Under the pieces are notes generated by a model, which saw nothing but the letters and a program-made list of their open reading frames with translations, did no database searches and was not told where the DNA came from. A DNA stretch of 43,154 bases from an uncultured Ruficoccus sp. GTDB taxonomy: Bacteria > Verrucomicrobiota > Verrucomicrobiia > Opitutales > Cerasicoccaceae. The position numbers and the translations under genes are program-made. Positions within the stretch are counted from its first letter, which is position 1, and each line of letters starts with the position of its first letter. Shown here one piece after another: positions 38,376 through 43,154 of this stretch. The stretch is taken from the NCBI GenBank assembly GCA_965140785.1, contig OZ223513.1, forward strand, positions 1 through 43,154, given 5' to 3'.

Positions 38376-39683
38376 CTAAGCACCTGCCTTGCCGATTTCC
38401 TTGATCGCGGTTGCGAGAATTTCGGCGGTGCGGGCGATGTCGTTTTTGGAGTGGGCGGTGCTGATGAAGCAGGTCTCGTAGGCCGAAGGCGGCAGGTAAA
38501 CGCCGTATTCGAGCGCAGTCTGGAAGAGCGGCTTGAACAGCTCGGTCCGGCTCGCGGTGGCTTGCTCGTAATTCGTCACCGGCTTATCCGCGAAGAACAG
38601 ACAGAACATCGAACCGGCCTGCGGCACCTGGAGCGGCACCCCGAGGTTCGCGGCAGCAAGCTTGAGGGCGATGGCGAGCTGCTTGCCGGAGGATTCGAGG
38701 CGCTTGTACGGCGGGTCCTCGCGCAGGAGCTTGAGCGCGGCGATCCCGGCGGCCATGGCCAGCGGATTCCCACTGAGCGTCCCGGCCTGGTAAACCGGCC
38801 CGAGCGGGGCGAGGTGGTCCATCAGGTCCGCCCGTCCGCCAAAGGCCCCCACCGGCAGGCCCCCGCCGATGATTTTGCCCAGGCAAGTCAGATCAGGGGT
38901 GACACCGGTTTTCTCCTGCACGCCCCCCGCAGCGATGCGGAAGCCCGTCATCACCTCGTCAAAGATCAGGACCGCGCCGTGGCGGGTGCACAGTTCGCGC
39001 AGCCCCTCCAGATAGCCGGTCTGCGGCAGGATGAGCCCGCAGTTGGCCGGATACGGCTCCAGGATGATGCCCGCGATCTGCTCCGGGTGCTCGGAAAAGG
39101 CGTGCTGCACCGCACTCAGGTCGTTGTAAGGCAGCAAAATCGTTTCGGCGGCGAAGGAGGCGGGCACGCCCGCGCTGTCGGGATTGCCCAGGGTGAGCGC
39201 GCCCGAACCGGCCTTGACCAGCAGGGAGTCCACGTGGCCGTGGTAGCAGCCGGCGAACTTGATAATCTTGTCCCGCCCGGTGGCTCCGCGGGCCAGGCGG
39301 ATGGCCGACATGGTGGCCTCGGTCCCGCTGTTGACCATGCGGACCTTTTCGATGGAGGGGACCATGTCCACGATCAGCTCGGCCATTTCGACCTCGTAGG
39401 GATTGGGTGTGCCGAAGCTCGTGCCCTGCGCCAGCGCCTCGGCAATGGCCTCGCGGATGACCGGGTGGTTGTGGCCGTGGATGGCCGGGCCCCAGGTGCA
39501 GACGTAGTCGATGTACTCGCGGCCATCGGCGGTGACGAGCCGCGGCCCCATCGCGCTTTGGGTAAAAAACGGCGCCCCGCCCACAGAGCGAAAGGCCCGC
39601 ACGGGCGAGTTGACCCCGCCCGGAATGAGCTTCAGGGCGCGTTCGAAAAGGTCGTTGGAAACGGGAGAATCTTCAGCTGACAT
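38376..39683 (-). CDS. hemL: Glutamate-1-semialdehyde 2,1-aminomutase
   Basis: [61 protein letters not shown]. Confidence 0.97.
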   Translation of the reverse strand: MSAEDSPVSNDLFERALKLIPGGVNSPVRAFRSVGGAPFFTQSAMGPRLVTADGREYIDYVCTWGPAIHGHNHPVIREAIAEALAQGTSFGTPNPYEVEMAELIVDMVPSIEKVRMVNSGTEATMSAIRLARGATGRDKIIKFAGCYHGHVDSLLVKAGSGALTLGNPDSAGVPASFAAETILLPYNDLSAVQHAFSEHPEQIAGIILEPYPANCGLILPQTGYLEGLRELCTRHGAVLIFDEVMTGFRIAAGGVQEKTGVTPDLTCLGKIIGGGLPVGAFGGRADLMDHLAPLGPVYQAGTLSGNPLAMAAGIAALKLLREDPPYKRLESSGKQLAIALKLAAANLGVPLQVPQAGSMFCLFFADKPVTNYEQATASRTELFKPLFQTALEYGVYLPPSAYETCFISTAHSKNDIARTAEILATAIKEIGKAGA

Positions 39684-41313
39684 ATTTCTGGACGATCGGT
39701 ATGCGCCGCCCGACCCCGAAGGCCAGCGGCGTGATTTTCAGGCCGGGCGCGGCCTGCTTGCGTTTGTATTCGTTTAAATCGACCTTGCGCACGATGTCGC
39801 GCACGGTGGCCTCGTCGAAGCCCGCCTCGACGATTTCGGCGGCCACCTTGCCCTCCTCCACGTAGAGGCGCAGGATCTCGTCCAGCACCGGGTACGGCGG
39901 GAGCGAATCCTCGTCTTTCTGGTCGGGGCGCAGTTCGGCCGAGGGGGGCTTTTCAATGGTGTTCTGCGGGACGACCTCGCGCTCGCGGTTCAGGTAGCGG
40001 GCCAGGGCATAGACCTGCATCTTGGGCAGGTCGGAAATCACCGCCAGCCCTCCGGCCATGTCGCCGTAAAGGGTGCAGTAGCCGACGGCGACCTCACTTT
40101 TGTTGCCAGTGGTCAGCAGGAGTGCGCCGAACTTGTTGGAAACCGCCATCAGGAGCAGGCCGCGCGCGCGGGCCTGGATGTTCTCCTCGGCCACGCCCAG
40201 GTCGGTCCCGGCAAAGAGGTCCGCCAGCGCCCCGGAGGCGGCCTCAACGATCCCCGCGATGGGAAGCGTCTCGTAGCGGATGCCGAGGTTTTCAGCCAGC
40301 ACGCGGGCGTCATCGCGGCTGTGCTGGCTGGAAATGGCCGAGGGCAGACTGATACCGATCACGTTCTCCGGGCCGAAAGCCTCCGTGGCCAGCGCGGCGA
40401 CCACGGCCGAGTCAATCCCGCCACTGAGGCCGATGAGGGCGGAGCGGAAGCCGCTCTTGTGGGCGTAGTCGCGCAAGCCCAGCACGAGAGCGTCGTGAAT
40501 ATCGGCCATGTCGTCCTGCTCATAGCCGGGAGAAACGGCGGAAGCGGGTCCGCCCGTGTCCACCACGAGGCATTCCTCGGAAAAGCCTTTCAGCCCGGCC
40601 AGGAGGGAGCCGTCGGCAGCCATGACCTTGCTGTGTCCGTCAAAAATCAGCTCGTCGTTGCCGCCCACGAGGTTGCAATAAACCAGCGGTGCGCGGCAGC
40701 GGACGGCAGCCTCGGCCAGCAGACGTTCGCGCAGGTGCTTCTTGCCGCTGTGCCAGGGGCTGGCCGAGAGGTTGAGGACCAGGTCCACGTCCGCGGCGGC
40801 GAGGGCCGTCACCGGGTCCACCTCGTAGTGGCGACGGGTGGGCACGGCGGGGTGGTTCCAGACATCCTCGCAGATGGTCACGCCGATCCGCTTGCCGCCC
40901 CACTCGATCAGCCCCGGCTCACGCGCGGGCTCGAAGTACCGGTCCTCGTCGAAGACATCGTAGGTCGGCAGCAGGCACTTGCGCACGACATGGCGGACCT
41001 CACCCTTTTCGCACCAGGCGGCGGCATTGTAGAAGCGCCGTCCGCGCTCGGAGGGGTTGCGCTCGACGAAGCCGACCAGCGCGGGCACCTCGCCAATTTC
41101 GGCGGCCACGCGGTGGAGGGCGGCCTCGTTATCGGCCACGAAGCGGCTCTTGAAGAGCAGGTCGCGCGGCGGATACCCGGCCACGGCCAGCTCCGGGGTC
41201 AGGACCAGCTCCGCCCCGCCGTCCACGAGTTCGCGGTAGGCGTGGAGGATTTTTTCGGCGTTACCGCTGAGGTCGCCGACGATGGTGTTAATCTGCGCGA
41301 GGCCGATCTTCAT
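39673..41313 (-). CDS. nadE: Glutamine-dependent NAD+ synthetase
   Basis: Nitrilase domain ([19 protein letters not shown]) plus [31 protein letters not shown]. Confidence 0.97.
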   Translation of the reverse strand: MKIGLAQINTIVGDLSGNAEKILHAYRELVDGGAELVLTPELAVAGYPPRDLLFKSRFVADNEAALHRVAAEIGEVPALVGFVERNPSERGRRFYNAAAWCEKGEVRHVVRKCLLPTYDVFDEDRYFEPAREPGLIEWGGKRIGVTICEDVWNHPAVPTRRHYEVDPVTALAAADVDLVLNLSASPWHSGKKHLRERLLAEAAVRCRAPLVYCNLVGGNDELIFDGHSKVMAADGSLLAGLKGFSEECLVVDTGGPASAVSPGYEQDDMADIHDALVLGLRDYAHKSGFRSALIGLSGGIDSAVVAALATEAFGPENVIGISLPSAISSQHSRDDARVLAENLGIRYETLPIAGIVEAASGALADLFAGTDLGVAEENIQARARGLLLMAVSNKFGALLLTTGNKSEVAVGYCTLYGDMAGGLAVISDLPKMQVYALARYLNREREVVPQNTIEKPPSAELRPDQKDEDSLPPYPVLDEILRLYVEEGKVAAEIVEAGFDEATVRDIVRKVDLNEYKRKQAAPGLKITPLAFGVGRRIPIVQKYVS

Positions 41314-41475
41314 TGGAGCCAACTATCCGTGATCCCACACGCAGGTTCCAGACCTTTTTACCGAACCGGGGCCGGAAAACGAAAAATAAGAGTGGCCGAG
41401 GCGGCAGATTTACGAATCCTAGCCTGTCAGAAACCGGTCAGCTTGCCTGTCCTCCGGTTTTCTTGAGAAGGTTTT

Positions 41476-41603
41476 TTAACCGCAAAGACGCAAAGGGCGC
41501 AAAGTTTTAGCCAACTTCCACTCTCTCAATCCACTGCCCGGAATCACTGCAAAAAAGCGGCGTTAAAGGTTGCCTTCGCGTCCTTGGCGCCCTTTGCGGT
41601 TAA
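41476..41603. repeat. 128-bp inverted-repeat element, TTAACCGCAAAG family, copy 3
   Basis: Left arm TTAACCGCAAAGACGCAAAGGGCGCAAAG; right arm reverse complement TTAACCGCAAAGGGCGCCAAGGACGCGAAG. Confidence 0.82.
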
Positions 41604-41620
41604 TGATCACATTAAAATCC

Positions 41621-42211
41621 ATGACTGACACCCTCACCCTCGCCTCGGCTTCGCCCCGCCGCAAGCACCTGCTGGAGCAGGCGCGGCTGCGCTTCGAGGT
41701 GTGCCCGGCCCAGGTCGAGGAACACGAGGACCCGGCCTCGTGCCCGCGCGAAACCGTCCTCCACAACGCCCGGCTCAAGGCCGCCAACGTCAGCGCCCGC
41801 CTGCCCCAGGCGCTCGTGCTGGGGTCGGACACCGTGGTCGCGCTCGACGACGAGGTGTTACACAAGCCCGCCGACATGGATGCGGCCCGGGCCATGCTTC
41901 GCCGCCTGGCCGGACGCACGCACACCGTTTACACCAGCGTCTGCCTGCTCGGCCCCGCCGCCGGCATCGACGAGTGCCACGCCGTGACCAGTGCCGTCAC
42001 TTTCAAGGAACTGGACGCGGCGGCCATCGAACGGTACTTCGCGCTCGTCAATCCGCTGGACAAAGCCGGAGCCTATGGTATTCAAGAGGGAAAAGAAATG
42101 ATCATCGCCGGGCTTGAGGGGTCCCTGAACAACGTCATGGGGCTCCCGACAGAGTTTTTACTGGACTTGCTTGACCGGCTGCAACTGCTCGACAAGCTAC
42201 GCCTTACATGA
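41621..42211 (+). CDS. maf: Maf family nucleoside triphosphate pyrophosphatase
   Basis: LASASPRR, GSDTVV, KP, DKAGAYGIQ, NVMGLP. The ORF track start at 41570 lies inside the repeat. Confidence 0.95.
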   Translation: MTDTLTLASASPRRKHLLEQARLRFEVCPAQVEEHEDPASCPRETVLHNARLKAANVSARLPQALVLGSDTVVALDDEVLHKPADMDAARAMLRRLAGRTHTVYTSVCLLGPAAGIDECHAVTSAVTFKELDAAAIERYFALVNPLDKAGAYGIQEGKEMIIAGLEGSLNNVMGLPTEFLLDLLDRLQLLDKLRLT

Positions 42212-43154
42212 CGACCGCACCTCTGCCGCCGCCCCGCCGGAAGCCCTCCGAATGGCCGCGCTGGGACCGTGAGTCCGATTACGGGCGTCAGGCCTACCGC
42301 CGCTCCGTCCTGGTGGGGCTGGCCGCGACGATCCTTTTCCACCTCATGCTGATTTACGTCGTGCCGTGGCCCGATGTGACCTTGCAGGAGATGGAGCCGG
42401 AGCAGCCAAATCCGCCCATGGAGGTCGAGCTGGTCGAGGCGCCCCCGCCGGAGCGCTTCGTCGAGACCAACCCGAACGTGCAGGAGGAAAAGCCCGAGAA
42501 CACCCCGAACATCGCCGCTCAGGATCAGGTGGCCGCTCAGGAACAGCCCGACATCACCCAGGACACAGACACGCCGAAGGTCGAGGGCGAGATCCCCGAT
42601 TCGCAGAAAATCGTCACCGGCGATCTTTTTGAGGAGCCCACGCCGCCGCCGGTTCCCCAGGGCCTGCCCGACGCCCAGCCGAGCGAACAGCAGCAGCCGC
42701 AAGAGCAGGCGCAGCCCACCGAGGAAATGCAGCAGCCGGTGGAGGAAACCCCGCCCGAGCCGCAGGAACAGACCCAGCCGGTCGAGCAGCCCGCCGAAAA
42801 CGAAGCCCAGGAAGCCCCGCAGGAGGAGGCCCCCCTCATGCCCGAGCAGGAAGCCGTTCAGGACGAGGGCACGCCCAGCATTGAAAAAGCGGGCGAAAAT
42901 GAGGAAATCCCCGAAAAGCCGGAGGAAAAAACCGTCGAGCCTGCCCCGGCCCCACGCCCGCAGCGCGAGATCCAGGTCCAGATGGAGGAAGTCGCCCCCA
43001 CCCAGCAGGCGCAGCAGGGCCAACCCTCGCCCAAGCCCCGTCCGCGTATTAACTTCAAGGTCCCGCCCGGCCCGCTCATGCAGACGCCCGTTTCTGCCAG
43101 CCGCATGGGCGCGCTCGCCATCGACGCTAATTTCAGCGAATTCGGCGCCTACCA
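42208..43154 (+). CDS. TonB/TolA-like membrane-anchored Pro/Glu/Gln-rich protein, 3' end outside the window
   Basis: ATG overlaps the maf stop (ATGA); MTTAPLPPP..., TM helix with His (LAATILFHLMLIYVV), long PEQ-rich linker, open to the window end. Confidence 0.7.
   Translation, partial: MTTAPLPPPRRKPSEWPRWDRESDYGRQAYRRSVLVGLAATILFHLMLIYVVPWPDVTLQEMEPEQPNPPMEVELVEAPPPERFVETNPNVQEEKPENTPNIAAQDQVAAQEQPDITQDTDTPKVEGEIPDSQKIVTGDLFEEPTPPPVPQGLPDAQPSEQQQPQEQAQPTEEMQQPVEETPPEPQEQTQPVEQPAENEAQEAPQEEAPLMPEQEAVQDEGTPSIEKAGENEEIPEKPEEKTVEPAPAPRPQREIQVQMEEVAPTQQAQQGQPSPKPRPRINFKVPPGPLMQTPVSASRMGALAIDANFSEFGAY

Noticed and set aside
38451..43023. Antisense ORFs 38451-39680, 40321-41466 and 42082-43023
   Set aside because: Shadows of hemL, nadE and the TonB-like gene.

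Overview
The window has two very different parts. Bases 1 to ~1203 are AT-rich eukaryotic DNA: on the minus strand they encode part of an RTEL1/FANCJ-type (XPD/Rad3 family) helicase that only reads through if TAA/TAG = Gln (ciliate-type code, table 6) and three short GT-AG introns are removed. This is joined abruptly to GC-rich bacterial DNA, truncating a HisKA_7TM sensor gene. The rest looks like a Verrucomicrobiota (Opitutia-like) chromosome, inferred from the PEP-CTERM tail style and gene content. It carries mutS, an exported-looking acetolactate decarboxylase, a heme cluster (hemF-hemE-hemN-hemG, an esterase, hemH-ccsA-like-hemA, with hemL later), an ArsR-controlled CoA-disulfide reductase/rhodanese/TusA/DsrE fusion, and an unexplained Cys-rich three-gene module ending in an atypical Fur with Fur-like boxes. 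Further on are a three-gene phosphorelay, an orphan HutW/ChuW-like radical SAM with a His/Gly tail, an OPT transporter, three PEP-CTERM proteins, the NAGGN osmolyte operon, nadE-hemL, maf and a TonB-like gene. Intergenic spaces hold several ~125-145 bp inverted-repeat elements and a nested palindrome. No rRNA, tRNA, CRISPR array or transposase was seen. All calls come from manual reading and motif recognition; no database searches were run.
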